Positions 28,400 through 39,029 of a stretch of 64,000 bases of DNA are shown here, in pieces. A program made the position numbers and the translations under genes. Under the pieces are notes generated by a model, which saw only the letters and a list, made by a program, of their open reading frames with translations, was not told the DNA's origin and ran no database searches. The first letter of the stretch is position 1; each line of letters starts with the position of its first letter. The DNA comes from a virus: the IMG/VR virus record IMGVR_UViG_3300021376_000010; one strand, written 5' to 3'.

Positions 28400-29824
28400 T
28401 TAGAATTCCCCAAATGGATTTTTCTCAGAGAAATCAATGATATTATCTGCTTTTTCCTCAATGGTATGATTTTCGGCAAAAGCATCATATATGTTATCTG
28501 TCGTTATTGATAAAATTTTATAACTTGCTCCTGCACCAACAACAGTTTCTCCCAATGCAAAGTTTCCATTTACAATAGAAACTTTAAGAATTCTTGTGTC
28601 ATAATTCCAACTCTTGACATATGCACTAGTTCCAGTTGAAACTCCTCTGATAACTTCATTGAATTCATAATCTCCTGTTGAAATTCCGACTGGGGAATCT
28701 ATTTGTATCGTTGGTGGATTTGCTTGAGATAAGTGATAGTTTGAACCAGCATTTGTAAATCTTACTGCGGTGACTATTCCAGTTGATGTCAATACTACTT
28801 CTGCTGTTGCAGAGTTTATACCAGATAATGGGAATGGTGAATTTGGATCGACTGGTCCAGAGAATCTGACTCTAGGAACAGTTGAATAACCAACACCACC
28901 AGAATTAATTACAATAGGAGCAAGAACTCCATTTGATATAATTGCTGTAGCAATACCACCACTTCCAAAAGAACTATTGCTTTTTATTGTTACTATTGGT
29001 GGAATCGTATAACCAATACCAGGGTTTGTAATAAGAATTTTACTTATAGATCCTCTATCTAAAATAGATATACCTTCTGCTCTTACTCCAAACCCACCAG
29101 GTTTTGAGAAGGTGATGGTGGGTGGTGACTTGTAACCATGACCACCATCAAAAATATCAATTCTTGCAACTGATTTCCCAGCAACTCCAGGATATCGTGC
29201 TGTGGCAAGACCTACTAATAGTGAAGCAGCAGAAGCAGCAGCACCAACCATTTGCAACGTAGCAATATAACCAAAATCTTTTACGTTCTTATCTACATCA
29301 TCTAAACCAGTATCAATAATTTCATCTTCGTATTCAAAGAGTTCACAACGTAACTCATAAACATAAAGATTATTTAATTGATAAAATGGGGTTTTTGCTT
29401 CAACATACTTTATCTCAAATAAAGCATTGTCTAAAGGTAAGTAAATCAAATCTCCTTCTTGTGGTCTCTTAGCAGTCTTGATTATTTCCTTACTAAACAA
29501 ACTCAGTTTTGGTGTAATAAAATCTTCGTATCTTTCTTTTGATATTATAAAAGTTATTTGGTCGGTGCTTCTTACTCCAAACTTACTTAAAATATCTGCA
29601 TTTCCCCCAAAACCATCAAAGGTTGATATATATGCTTCTAGTCTAAAACTGTCATCAAACTTTGATACAATTACTTCTTTAATTATTTTTTTCTCATTAA
29701 TAATTTTTCTGGGCATGTAAACAACATCCTGCCCATAAATTGACAACTGTTCATTAATTAAATCTTGAACTAATCTTTGTTCACTTGGTGAACCTTGTAA
29801 AAAATAGGGATTTAATGGGGTCAT
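28400..29824 (-). CDS. g14: Neck protein gp14 with internal repeat insertion
   Basis: GQDVVYMPR, RPQEGDLIY, PFYQL, CELFEY, DFSEKNPFG; inserted GxGY..P repeats. Confidence 0.92.
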   Translation of the reverse strand: MTPLNPYFLQGSPSEQRLVQDLINEQLSIYGQDVVYMPRKIINEKKIIKEVIVSKFDDSFRLEAYISTFDGFGGNADILSKFGVRSTDQITFIISKERYEDFITPKLSLFSKEIIKTAKRPQEGDLIYLPLDNALFEIKYVEAKTPFYQLNNLYVYELRCELFEYEDEIIDTGLDDVDKNVKDFGYIATLQMVGAAASAASLLVGLATARYPGVAGKSVARIDIFDGGHGYKSPPTITFSKPGGFGVRAEGISILDRGSISKILITNPGIGYTIPPIVTIKSNSSFGSGGIATAIISNGVLAPIVINSGGVGYSTVPRVRFSGPVDPNSPFPLSGINSATAEVVLTSTGIVTAVRFTNAGSNYHLSQANPPTIQIDSPVGISTGDYEFNEVIRGVSTGTSAYVKSWNYDTRILKVSIVNGNFALGETVVGAGASYKILSITTDNIYDAFAENHTIEEKADNIIDFSEKNPFGEF

Positions 29825-30636
29825 TATCCAATCATATCCATTGGTGGAAGTTCATATTCTGTCTTAAGTGCTCTTTCTATTTCTTCAATTTCTCTAAGGG
29901 CATCTTCATATAGTTGTCTTCCGTTTAACGAAATTCCACCTGGAAGTTGTACTCCATTAAACTTAATCATGTTTTGCCCCCATTGTCTTTTAATGAGTGC
30001 AGTTAAATACCTTTTTAACCAAAAATCATTATATATTTTTGGAAAATTATTTGGATTTACAATTCTATAGCAATCCAAGACTATATATTGATCTGAAACT
30101 TGCTGCCAATCAATATCCAAATACAACCTATGTTGTTTTTTGTTGAATCTTAATTGAACATCTGGAGTTAGAATTCTGCTAATATCTTCTAGATGTGTTT
30201 TTACCATAGCATAATTTAACAAATCCAAAGCACCATAGTAATACAAATCATTCAAAAATATTTGATATTTGATATTAAATAATCCACTAGATATTGTACT
30301 TGAATCAACTTTGAATACATTATTCACTCCAATTATTGTATCTGGAAGTGCAAGAAAATTAGTAGTTTCTTCAAAGTTTACTACTGTTACTCCAATCCCT
30401 GCGGTCCCTGTAGTAGTTTGTATTCCAGATCTAATGACATTTCTTTCTGATGATGAAAGTTTATGTTTTAGATAAACTCTTTCTATTCCATCAAAATGCC
30501 TTTCATGAAAATATTGCAAGGCATCATCGACCAAATCACCGATTTGGTCATCATCAACATTTATCTCTAAAACTGGTTTCCCAAGTTTTCTGAGACAATA
30601 TTCTATTAAACCTTGACGAGAATTTGGTGATGCCAT
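29824..30636 (-). CDS. g13: Neck protein gp13
   Basis: YCLRKLGKPVLEINV, KRQWGQNMIKFNGVQLPGG. Confidence 0.95.
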   Translation of the reverse strand: MASPNSRQGLIEYCLRKLGKPVLEINVDDDQIGDLVDDALQYFHERHFDGIERVYLKHKLSSSERNVIRSGIQTTTGTAGIGVTVVNFEETTNFLALPDTIIGVNNVFKVDSSTISSGLFNIKYQIFLNDLYYYGALDLLNYAMVKTHLEDISRILTPDVQLRFNKKQHRLYLDIDWQQVSDQYIVLDCYRIVNPNNFPKIYNDFWLKRYLTALIKRQWGQNMIKFNGVQLPGGISLNGRQLYEDALREIEEIERALKTEYELPPMDMIG

Positions 30637-30664
30637 TGCAATATATACACCCTATAGAAGGTAT

Positions 30665-33600
30665 TTATGCCTGTGCCTCAGACCAACGTAGGACTAGGTT
30701 TCCAGTAATATTTGAACCATTCGTTAAGTAAACGTTAATTGCAAGAACATCTGGACCATTCGGGAATGTGCCTCTTCCTCCAATTGGTGTGTTATTGAGC
30801 TCTTTGAGTTCATCCAATTCAATTGTTGATTTTTCTATAGCAGGACCAATAAATGAGAACACAGTTTCACCAGGAGCAGCAGATACTGTGTTTGCAGTAA
30901 ATGTATATGTTGTTCCACTTAAACCAGAGTTTACTGAGTTGGAGAACTGTACATAATTTCTTGTAGCATCATATTGGAAAATGTTAATAACACGAGTACC
31001 ACCAGGAACTCCAGTACCAGAAACGAAGAAACCAATTCTTACGTTAGCAACATCAGTTTTAGTAAATATTTGATACTGAGTGAAATAATTCTGTGTAAAT
31101 GCTGTTGCGGCCTGAATTGTTTGAGCTCCACCTTCCCATGTAACAGATGCTGCGTTTGCAATCTGTGCAAAAGATGGTTGTCCTCCAGCACCCTGTGATG
31201 TTAGAGAGAACCACTGTACTGCTGCTGGGTTTGATGGATAGTTTGATGGATTCAAAATACCTTCAATTACGACTGCCTGAGATGCGGAACCACCAGTTGG
31301 GGTAAATTCAAGAGATTTTAAAAGTAACTGTGCTCGGTTAATTAACTCTCTCTGTCCTAAATCACCAGTGATAGCATTTGATACACTTGGTGCAAGACGA
31401 ATCATGAACGTAGTTATTTTTGTTGTTGATATTGTACCACCAATGAATGGATAGTTGAAGATGTAACCTCTATCAGAATCAAATAGTCCATCTGTTAAAA
31501 ACGCAGAACCCCAGTGACTGATTATTGGTGTTGCTGTATTACTTAGTAGAATAGCACCAGCACCTTCTGTGTGGGGTTCTGCTGCACCTGCACTATAAGT
31601 TCTAAATGAACCAGAAGAATAATTTCCAAATGATGCTGCTCTTGTAATACCAGTTAAAGTATTTCCAGATTTTCCAGTATAATTTATTAATTCATTGTCA
31701 ACATAAACGGTTCCTGAGGATGGATATAGAGAAGCATCCACTAGGGGAACGGTTGTTTGTGATTGAGATATAGTTGAAGCAAGTTTTGATTTGGGACCTT
31801 CATTGATAACTTCATATCTAACTGGTAAGTTACCAGATCTCATATATGCTTCTGTATTTGAGTTGTTATTCTTCAGTCTATGGACAAATAAGTAATTTCC
31901 ATCTGGTCCACGTAACATCCAATCAATAAATCCAGCACCGTACCAAGTATATTGGAAACCAATCATTTGCATTTTGTTGATTTCGATCTCATAACCACTA
32001 GCTCCAGTTCCATCAGCTTTGTCAATATTCCATTGAGTTTGTGGTATAATGGTATCTTGAACAAGTGTTGCTTTTGCACCAGAAATTGAACTTACTCCTC
32101 TAAAGTCTGGGGCTACTGTAATTGCATTATTTCCAATAATTGTGGTGACTACATGAGTCATACCTCTAATAACAATTCTATCACCAACAACCAACTGGTC
32201 GGTAAACCTTGTATTGGAACCAGTTACCAAATTAGAGTCTGGTGTGGCAGAAATTGTTCCAGCAAGTTGGAATGTAGCAGATCTCAGACCAACTGCTAAA
32301 TTAATTCCATCATATTGCCAGAAAATTCCATTTTGGTCATCAAAAGCACCAGCACGTACTGTTGCTCCTTTCCATTTATATAGAGATACTGTAGGTGGTC
32401 TTCCCAATACTGGACTGGTTGATTGAAGAACATTGACTGCCAAAACAGTAAAAGTATTTTCATTAATTACACTGTTTACAGTATAATGACCATTATAACC
32501 AGTAGTTTGAATATTACTTATTGCTACTTCTGCTCCTACTTGAAGTCCATGTTCTGTATCATCGGTAGTTATTGATATAACACTTCCAATAGAAGTTGAT
32601 GCAGCAGAAACACTCCTAATGTCATAGCTTGGTGCAAATAGAGCACCTGTTGTATACATTACACCTTTACCTGATTGGTATCTAATGTATTTTTTGGATT
32701 GACGAACAGCATGTGCTCCATGTGCAGGACCACCAACACCTAATTGGACACCACCATCAAATGGTCTATGGACATAGAAACAGTCAGGTCTTGGGAAAAT
32801 TGTTCCTGCAAGACCAACAGAAGCAACAGATCCTGTTGTTCTTGCATTGAAAACTATTGAATTGTTTGTTGGGGTACTGTCAATAACAAAAGGACCAGAT
32901 GCTAGTGAGTGACCTGTTCCTAAAGAGGTCATTGTTGAAGTGATTGTATCTCCTGGAACTAAACCATGAGCATTAGCAAATGTTACTCGGAATCTTGCCA
33001 AAGATGAATGCGAAATGGAAGCACCATCTGCAATTGGAGAAGTTGTCAATTCCGATATTGATACAGATGGGAAGAAATTAAGAACTGCACCAGTATTTGG
33101 TGTGCCAGTAGCAACTACTGTTGAGATTCTTCCTCTGCTTGAACTATCTGGAACTGTAGTAGAAACCGTGATGAACAAGTCATTTGTTGGAGTTGTTCCT
33201 CCCAACAATGTTCCTGGAACTCTTAATTGATATCCTGGGAAATAACCAGTACCTTGAACATTTGGTGTTACTATATAACCCCCAACAGATTTCGAAATAT
33301 TAAATGTTGCACCAGATCCACTAAGAGTTCCAGAAACATTAGTATATGTATTATTTCCTGAGAATGCTGTTCCAGATACATTAAATGCTGTTATTGAACC
33401 AGATCCATCTACTGAACTTACTGTAATTGTTAAATCGTTTGTTCCTGAAGAACCACCCAATATAGAACCGTTTACTATAATAGTATCATTAACAGTATAA
33501 TCAATACCTGTTGAAGTTTGACCAGTTTTAAAGTTTACTACATATGTAGCACTTCCAGATCTATAAACCTCAAATACTGCACCTGCTCCTCCACCATTCG

Positions 33601-35710
33601 TTACACCAGTTACATCTGCATAAGTTCTATAACTAGGGACAGCAACACCATAGGAATCATCTGCTATAACAGTTTGATTTGTAACACCATTATAATTTAA
33701 TAATAGTTTTGTATAGGTGTCTGGATAGAATGGTGAACCAATCCCAAATACTTCTTCTCCAGGAACAGTAAATGATGAACCACTATATCTTGAATTTCCA
33801 ATAGAAAATCTAGTTGCATCCAAATAACCATAAAATCCTAAAGCACCACTAAAAGCATTACCTATTTTTACTTGTGATTGTATATATGAATTAGTGTCAT
33901 CATAAGTCGAACCCTCTTGAATTCCATCTACATATAGTCGTGTTGTTGTTCCTGTCTTTGTTACCGCAATATGTGTCCAAACACTTGCTGCTATTGTTGT
34001 TACTCCTACAATTCTTTCCGATCCATCTACATAATACGATAATACATCACCACTCGTAATTCTTAGCAGTGGAGCAACAGATGGTTCTGAAGTTCTCATA
34101 TCAAATAGAACTTCTTGAGTTGAAATTCTATTTCTATAGACCCAAGTTTCAAAAGCAAAATCGGAAGTTCCAATTTCAAAATCAATATTTGAATCTACGA
34201 CTATTGAATCTGCAGTTGACCCAGAAATTGGATTCAACAGTAAGGAACTAACACCCCATTTTTTCTGAGATTGTGATAGTACTGCTTCTCCAAGAGTAGT
34301 TACATTTTTTGAAGTAGTAAATGTTGTGATTCCTTGAGTTCCAGGATCTATTTCTCTAACATGAACAACTAAATCGTTATCTGAATTTCCACCCAAACTT
34401 GAACCAGGGATGACCAATCTTTGATTATCTTTATATAATGCACCTGCTGTATTTAAATTTATTAAATATCTTCCTTGAGTCCTGTCTACATCGAAAGTTG
34501 CATTTTCACCTGTGTCAAAGTTTTGTGGAGTTGCTGATAAAGTACCAACAGTGTTTGAACCACCAAATGCATTAGATAGGTACGGTGTAGAAAGAGTTAA
34601 TGTATTCCCATCTATATTAGTAACAAATGTGGCATTTCCACTTCCATCACTTAGTGCAGATCCAACTTGAATATTAGTTACATTTGTTACAACTAATGTA
34701 TTTGATGGTGCAACTACATCTTCTAATAAACTTGTTGTTGCAGTAGTAGTTATTATTCCAGTAACTTGTGCTCCAGATGGGATTCCACTTGCAGTTAATG
34801 GTGAACCTAAAATTGCATTATTTGCTCCAGTATATGCAATTCTATTTGAATTGGAACGAGTAATAAATCTGGAAGTAAATGAACCAGTAACACCATTTGA
34901 TACTAGTGAATATGTTGGAGAACCAATCGATGCTCCAGTATAGAAACCACCTTTCCTTAATTGTGAGTATGGAGCATATATACTTTCATTTGGATTACTT
35001 GTTCCTACTTTTCCTTTTGCAAAGTATGTAAATGTAGTTGAATTAGAAACCCTTTCTACTAGAAATGAACCTTCTGCTCTAGAAGAACCAGAAACAGTCT
35101 CCAAAAGACCAAAAATTCTAAATGGTTGACCAGAAGAAAAACCATGTGGTTCCACCGTCTGTACAGTTATTATAGATGCACCAACACCACCTGTGTTTTG
35201 ACTTGCATCAGTCTGTATTTCAAAAATAGAAATATCTGAACCTGGAACTTCATAAGTACTTGGATATCCCCTCAAATGGTCAATTGTTTGCCACTTTGTT
35301 GGTTGAATACCATATTCAAAGTCAGCGTCAATCATGGACTGAGGTGTTGCCACTCTCATCCTTTCTACCGCATCAGTTCCAAAATTATATGGTCTAAATT
35401 TTACTTCTTCATCTTCAATAAAAATTGTTATAGAATCAGTCGATTGCTGATCCGTCGTATCAAATCCAAAATGTATAGTTGTTACACCATTTGAAATTGA
35501 TGATGCGTATGGAAACTCTGCACTATTACCAGGAGTAAATTCTACAATAATTGGATTTACTGGATCCGCAAAATTATAAAGTATTTTATTGTTTGTTACA
35601 TTGACAAGCATCAGAATTTGATTTTTTCTGACCTTATCTAAAATTTTTAAATTTCCAGACCCAGCAACTCCAGGTGAAAAAACATAATCTCTAATCTGTT
35701 TCTTAGCCAT
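30665..35710 (-). CDS. Large virion structural protein (1681 aa) with an internal LamG/ConA-like domain
   Basis: SMIDADFEYGIQPTKW N-terminal module; LamG-like DFAFETWVY...WTHIAV...LYVDG...GYLD; many Gly/Ser/Thr-rich beta modules. Confidence 0.75.
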   Translation of the reverse strand: MAKKQIRDYVFSPGVAGSGNLKILDKVRKNQILMLVNVTNNKILYNFADPVNPIIVEFTPGNSAEFPYASSISNGVTTIHFGFDTTDQQSTDSITIFIEDEEVKFRPYNFGTDAVERMRVATPQSMIDADFEYGIQPTKWQTIDHLRGYPSTYEVPGSDISIFEIQTDASQNTGGVGASIITVQTVEPHGFSSGQPFRIFGLLETVSGSSRAEGSFLVERVSNSTTFTYFAKGKVGTSNPNESIYAPYSQLRKGGFYTGASIGSPTYSLVSNGVTGSFTSRFITRSNSNRIAYTGANNAILGSPLTASGIPSGAQVTGIITTTATTSLLEDVVAPSNTLVVTNVTNIQVGSALSDGSGNATFVTNIDGNTLTLSTPYLSNAFGGSNTVGTLSATPQNFDTGENATFDVDRTQGRYLINLNTAGALYKDNQRLVIPGSSLGGNSDNDLVVHVREIDPGTQGITTFTTSKNVTTLGEAVLSQSQKKWGVSSLLLNPISGSTADSIVVDSNIDFEIGTSDFAFETWVYRNRISTQEVLFDMRTSEPSVAPLLRITSGDVLSYYVDGSERIVGVTTIAASVWTHIAVTKTGTTTRLYVDGIQEGSTYDDTNSYIQSQVKIGNAFSGALGFYGYLDATRFSIGNSRYSGSSFTVPGEEVFGIGSPFYPDTYTKLLLNYNGVTNQTVIADDSYGVAVPSYRTYADVTGVTNGGGAGAVFEVYRSGSATYVVNFKTGQTSTGIDYTVNDTIIVNGSILGGSSGTNDLTITVSSVDGSGSITAFNVSGTAFSGNNTYTNVSGTLSGSGATFNISKSVGGYIVTPNVQGTGYFPGYQLRVPGTLLGGTTPTNDLFITVSTTVPDSSSRGRISTVVATGTPNTGAVLNFFPSVSISELTTSPIADGASISHSSLARFRVTFANAHGLVPGDTITSTMTSLGTGHSLASGPFVIDSTPTNNSIVFNARTTGSVASVGLAGTIFPRPDCFYVHRPFDGGVQLGVGGPAHGAHAVRQSKKYIRYQSGKGVMYTTGALFAPSYDIRSVSAASTSIGSVISITTDDTEHGLQVGAEVAISNIQTTGYNGHYTVNSVINENTFTVLAVNVLQSTSPVLGRPPTVSLYKWKGATVRAGAFDDQNGIFWQYDGINLAVGLRSATFQLAGTISATPDSNLVTGSNTRFTDQLVVGDRIVIRGMTHVVTTIIGNNAITVAPDFRGVSSISGAKATLVQDTIIPQTQWNIDKADGTGASGYEIEINKMQMIGFQYTWYGAGFIDWMLRGPDGNYLFVHRLKNNNSNTEAYMRSGNLPVRYEVINEGPKSKLASTISQSQTTVPLVDASLYPSSGTVYVDNELINYTGKSGNTLTGITRAASFGNYSSGSFRTYSAGAAEPHTEGAGAILLSNTATPIISHWGSAFLTDGLFDSDRGYIFNYPFIGGTISTTKITTFMIRLAPSVSNAITGDLGQRELINRAQLLLKSLEFTPTGGSASQAVVIEGILNPSNYPSNPAAVQWFSLTSQGAGGQPSFAQIANAASVTWEGGAQTIQAATAFTQNYFTQYQIFTKTDVANVRIGFFVSGTGVPGGTRVINIFQYDATRNYVQFSNSVNSGLSGTTYTFTANTVSAAPGETVFSFIGPAIEKSTIELDELKELNNTPIGGRGTFPNGPDVLAINVYLTNGSNITGNLVLRWSEAQA

Positions 35711-35736
35711 TTAAGAATATCTCCTTGTAGTGCAAA

Positions 35737-36813
35737 TTAAGAAAGTGCGATTGCCATTACAATTGCTCTTGTATCAACATACTTTTTATTGGCAGCATCC
35801 AAATCAGAAGTTGCAGTTCCAACATTTATAACTTTATTATTTAGTGCATTGATTGTTGAACCAACACTTAAAGAGCCTCCTATTACAGCACCATCATTAA
35901 TTGAGATGCTTTCTGATAAAGATAAATTTGCAATATCATTTGATATTGTTAAATTTAAATTTTTATTTGCTGATAATGTTCTAGCAACTCCAACTGGACT
36001 TTGATTACTTCTAAATCTTATAGTAGAAGAAACGTTTGTCGGAGTATTTCCAGTTAGATTAGTAGCATCTAATGAAGCATTTATAGAAGTTGCGGTAATT
36101 ATTCCAACAACATTTAAATTTTGACCTATAGATGCTGAACCATTAACAGTTAAATTTGAAAAGGTATTTGGTGGGAGTCCTTCCTCTACTGATTTTCCAA
36201 ATACAGTAAAAGATACTCTAGAGTTATCAGATGAAGAATAAACTAATGTTTGTCCATTTGATAATTTTAAATTAGTTCTTACGTAGGATTCATTTGGTGA
36301 AACTAGTTCATCATATTCTACGTACTGCGAACTATTAAAATCTAATGCAGATGAAGTTGCAATTCCCAATCTTACTTTAGAATTTAAAGATCCAAGATTG
36401 CAAGCAACTACTGTTACTTCAACTGACCTTCCAGAAGGTGCTGTATATAAAGCAAGTCTTTTATTTTTTGTAGATATTTCAGAGTTTAAAATTATAGAAT
36501 CTGTTGTATCTGTATATTCTTCACCATACAAAAGAAAGTTTGTATTTAATGAAGATGATTGTATAATTAAACTCTGTCCATTTCCAAAATAAATATTTTC
36601 AGATTCATATGTTTCTCCTCTCTCTAATACTGTAGAGGCAATATAGTTCAAATCAATAGAATTTGTAGAAATACCTACTTTAATTCTTACTGGTTCAAAA
36701 TTTTTATGTGAGATGGAAATTTTTCCATCTACTAAAATACCAGACGAAGAGGTATATAATATAGTATTTTTATTTGGAACTGGTATTGAAGACGATAAAA
36801 GGCCAAAAGCCAT
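35737..36813 (-). CDS. Fibre/adaptor-like virion protein
   Basis: Two tandem ~100-aa domains similar to ORF 48488-48808; C-terminal DAANKKYVD...MAIALS fibre motif. Confidence 0.65.
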   Translation of the reverse strand: MAFGLLSSSIPVPNKNTILYTSSSGILVDGKISISHKNFEPVRIKVGISTNSIDLNYIASTVLERGETYESENIYFGNGQSLIIQSSSLNTNFLLYGEEYTDTTDSIILNSEISTKNKRLALYTAPSGRSVEVTVVACNLGSLNSKVRLGIATSSALDFNSSQYVEYDELVSPNESYVRTNLKLSNGQTLVYSSSDNSRVSFTVFGKSVEEGLPPNTFSNLTVNGSASIGQNLNVVGIITATSINASLDATNLTGNTPTNVSSTIRFRSNQSPVGVARTLSANKNLNLTISNDIANLSLSESISINDGAVIGGSLSVGSTINALNNKVINVGTATSDLDAANKKYVDTRAIVMAIALS

Positions 36814-36835
36814 AATCTACAACTTAACTTTTAAT

Positions 36836-36843
36836 TATTTATA
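36836..36843 (-). promoter_or_regulatory. Late promoter for 36813 and downstream structural genes
   Basis: TATAAATA; overlaps a plus-strand TATAAT (36840-36845). Confidence 0.75.
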
Positions 36844-36854
36844 ATTCACTTATT

Positions 36855-37640
36855 ATGATTATTCTTACAGGGCATTCTGGATTTATTGGGAAGAAATTTC
36901 TTGAAAAAATAAATCAACCAATTATTAAGGTTGAAAAGGATGATTCGTTTAAATTCCTATCCTCCTTTACTGATTGGGATAAGGTAAAATTAATCTTGCA
37001 TCAAGGAGCAATTTCATCGACGACCGAACGCAATATTTCTACTTTACACCACCATAATGTTGCATTTACTCTGATGTTGTTTGATTATGCCATTCAACAC
37101 AAAATTCCAGTAAAGTTTGCATCATCTGCATCAGTCTATGGAAATACTTTGGGTACTATTAATCCATTGAATCATTATGCAATTACTAAATTGCAAATTG
37201 ATTATTTTATCCAAGACAATATTGATAAATTTTCTTCTATTCAATCTTTTAGGTATTTTAATGTATATGGTCAAGGAGAAGACCATAAAGGAGACCAAGC
37301 ATCACCAATATCAAAGTTCACTAAACAGATTAAAGAAACTGGTAAACTTAAACTATTTGAAGGTTCTGATAAATTTTTGAGGGATTTTATATGTGTTGAT
37401 GATGTGGTTGATATTGTTATGAATAGTAATATTCCTTCTGGAATTTATGATTTAGGAACTGGCAACCCAATTTCATTTCAAGAAGTTGCAGAATTAGTCA
37501 TAAAAAAAGAAGGAGGTGAGATTGAACTCATCCCCTTCCCAGAACATCTTAATGGCAAATATCAAGATTACACTAAAGCAAATATGCAATGGATTGACAA
37601 ATATAAATTTACTACTGTTGAAGAGTATCTCCTTCGATAA
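36855..37640 (+). CDS. hldD: ADP-L-glycero-D-manno-heptose 6-epimerase-like SDR (HldD/RfaD-like)
   Basis: GHSGFIG, HQGAISSTTE, ASSASVYG, YAITK (YxxxK), FRYFNVYG, RDFI.VDD. The only credible plus-strand gene in the window. Confidence 0.85.
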   Translation: MIILTGHSGFIGKKFLEKINQPIIKVEKDDSFKFLSSFTDWDKVKLILHQGAISSTTERNISTLHHHNVAFTLMLFDYAIQHKIPVKFASSASVYGNTLGTINPLNHYAITKLQIDYFIQDNIDKFSSIQSFRYFNVYGQGEDHKGDQASPISKFTKQIKETGKLKLFEGSDKFLRDFICVDDVVDIVMNSNIPSGIYDLGTGNPISFQEVAELVIKKEGGEIELIPFPEHLNGKYQDYTKANMQWIDKYKFTTVEEYLLR

Positions 37641-37977
37641 CTCTAATACTATCTTCATCAAAATGCTCTGTAGAGAATTCAAACAATTCAGTATCTTCTA
37701 GAGCATACATCCTATGTCTAAGTCCTACAGGAACATGGAATTTATCCCCTTTCTTTAGGACTCTTTTTTGTGCTAATTCAATATCATCAGTCTCTCCATA
37801 AAATAATATTAATTTTCCAGACTGAATATAAAATGTTTCATCTTTTACTTTATGGTAATGCCAAGAACATTTTCCTCCTTTTGCAAAATAAAGAAGTTTT
37901 CCGCAGTACTTATCGCAGTTTACAATCCACTTTTCAAATCCCCATCCTTTGGGAACAAATTTAATTGAAGAAGTCAT
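37612..37977 (-). CDS. Cupin-fold sugar isomerase-like protein
   Basis: KGWG.E, SWHYHKVKDETFY, HRMYA cupin metal motifs. Start approximate (37977 or 37983). Confidence 0.75.
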   Translation of the reverse strand: MTSSIKFVPKGWGFEKWIVNCDKYCGKLLYFAKGGKCSWHYHKVKDETFYIQSGKLILFYGETDDIELAQKRVLKKGDKFHVPVGLRHRMYALEDTELFEFSTEHFDEDSIRVIEGDTLQQ

Positions 37978-38293
37978 TAGCATTCATTCCTTTGTCATCT
38001 ATGTATATATCTCCACTTGGTTTCCCAAGTATTAGTTCATGGTATCTACAACCCCATATCTCTAGTTGCATCTTAGTTAAATTATAAAATTTTTGAATAG
38101 CTTTATCACTATTATCTTCATATCTTCCCATACCACGAGCAGAAAAATATTTAATTCTATGCCCCTCATCAAATAACGAATTAATTTTTTTTATTCTTTC
38201 TGGGATGGGAGTACTTCCTTCATACTTACAAGAAGAACAATCTCCATTAGTACAAATAGTACCATCAATGTCTATTACATATGTTGTTAACAT
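37961..38293 (-). CDS. Cap-less HAD phosphatase (possible GmhB analogue)
   Basis: DIDGT, SARG, GKP...YIDDK. Confidence 0.8.
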   Translation of the reverse strand: MLTTYVIDIDGTICTNGDCSSCKYEGSTPIPERIKKINSLFDEGHRIKYFSARGMGRYEDNSDKAIQKFYNLTKMQLEIWGCRYHELILGKPSGDIYIDDKGMNANDFFN

Positions 38294-39029
38294 CTTTTTG
38301 ATTTAATACGTAAGTTCCTTGGTTTTGAATTGCTATAGATGCTGCTCTGTTTGCTAATGCTATTGACCTGTTTATGTTATTAGTTTTTAAATATCCATAT
38401 GTCAATGCAGCAAGAAAAGTATCCCCAGCACCAACAACATCATATACATTAACCTTTTCTGCTGGGTAATGAGTGTCTTTATAATAGCATCCCTCAGAAC
38501 CCTTCGTAACAATTAGATTAGAATATTCGTAATTATTTTCTAATTTTTCATATTCAATGTGATTGATTTTAATAAAGCAATTTTCTTTGTTGGGCAAAAC
38601 AGTTTTTTTACTATCTATGAATACTGGAATGCTAGATGATTCTGCAATTTCGAATAATTTCTTAGTAGTTATGTATCCTTTGTTGTAATCTGATATTACA
38701 ATTGCATCAAAATTGGACATACTTATTGGGAGAAGCAAAGGTTTTATTGGTTCCTCGTTATCAACTCTAAGTAATTGTTGATTTGATTTTTCATCTATAA
38801 ATCTAGTTTTAACTATTTTTTCAGAATTAGTTAAAAAAGTGACATCTATATCAAATGATTGGAGATTAAAGCAAACATTTGCTGCCATGCCTGCTTTAGT
38901 TTCTATTTTTGAATAGTTCATTACTGGAACTGGTGCTTCGGGATTTAGCCTTTCGCATTTTCCATAAACATATTCATCTTCACAACTATCCCCTATCAAT
39001 AATACTTTGAATGATTTTTGTTGTGGCAT
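38265..39029 (-). CDS. PfkB-family heptose-7-phosphate kinase (HldA / RfaE kinase domain)
   Basis: RLNPEAPVPV, GMAANV, KTRF, QLLRVD, SDYNKG, DVVGAGDT. Likely ATG at 39029. Confidence 0.88.
   Translation of the reverse strand: MPQQKSFKVLLIGDSCEDEYVYGKCERLNPEAPVPVMNYSKIETKAGMAANVCFNLQSFDIDVTFLTNSEKIVKTRFIDEKSNQQLLRVDNEEPIKPLLLPISMSNFDAIVISDYNKGYITTKKLFEIAESSSIPVFIDSKKTVLPNKENCFIKINHIEYEKLENNYEYSNLIVTKGSEGCYYKDTHYPAEKVNVYDVVGAGDTFLAALTYGYLKTNNINRSIALANRAASIAIQNQGTYVLNQKDVNNICNRH

Noticed and set aside
724-35494. Numerous plus-strand ORFs of 60-240 aa (e.g. 8086-8811, 4031-4480, 17242-17541)
   Set aside because: Antisense to well-conserved T4 core genes, with no recognisable motifs.
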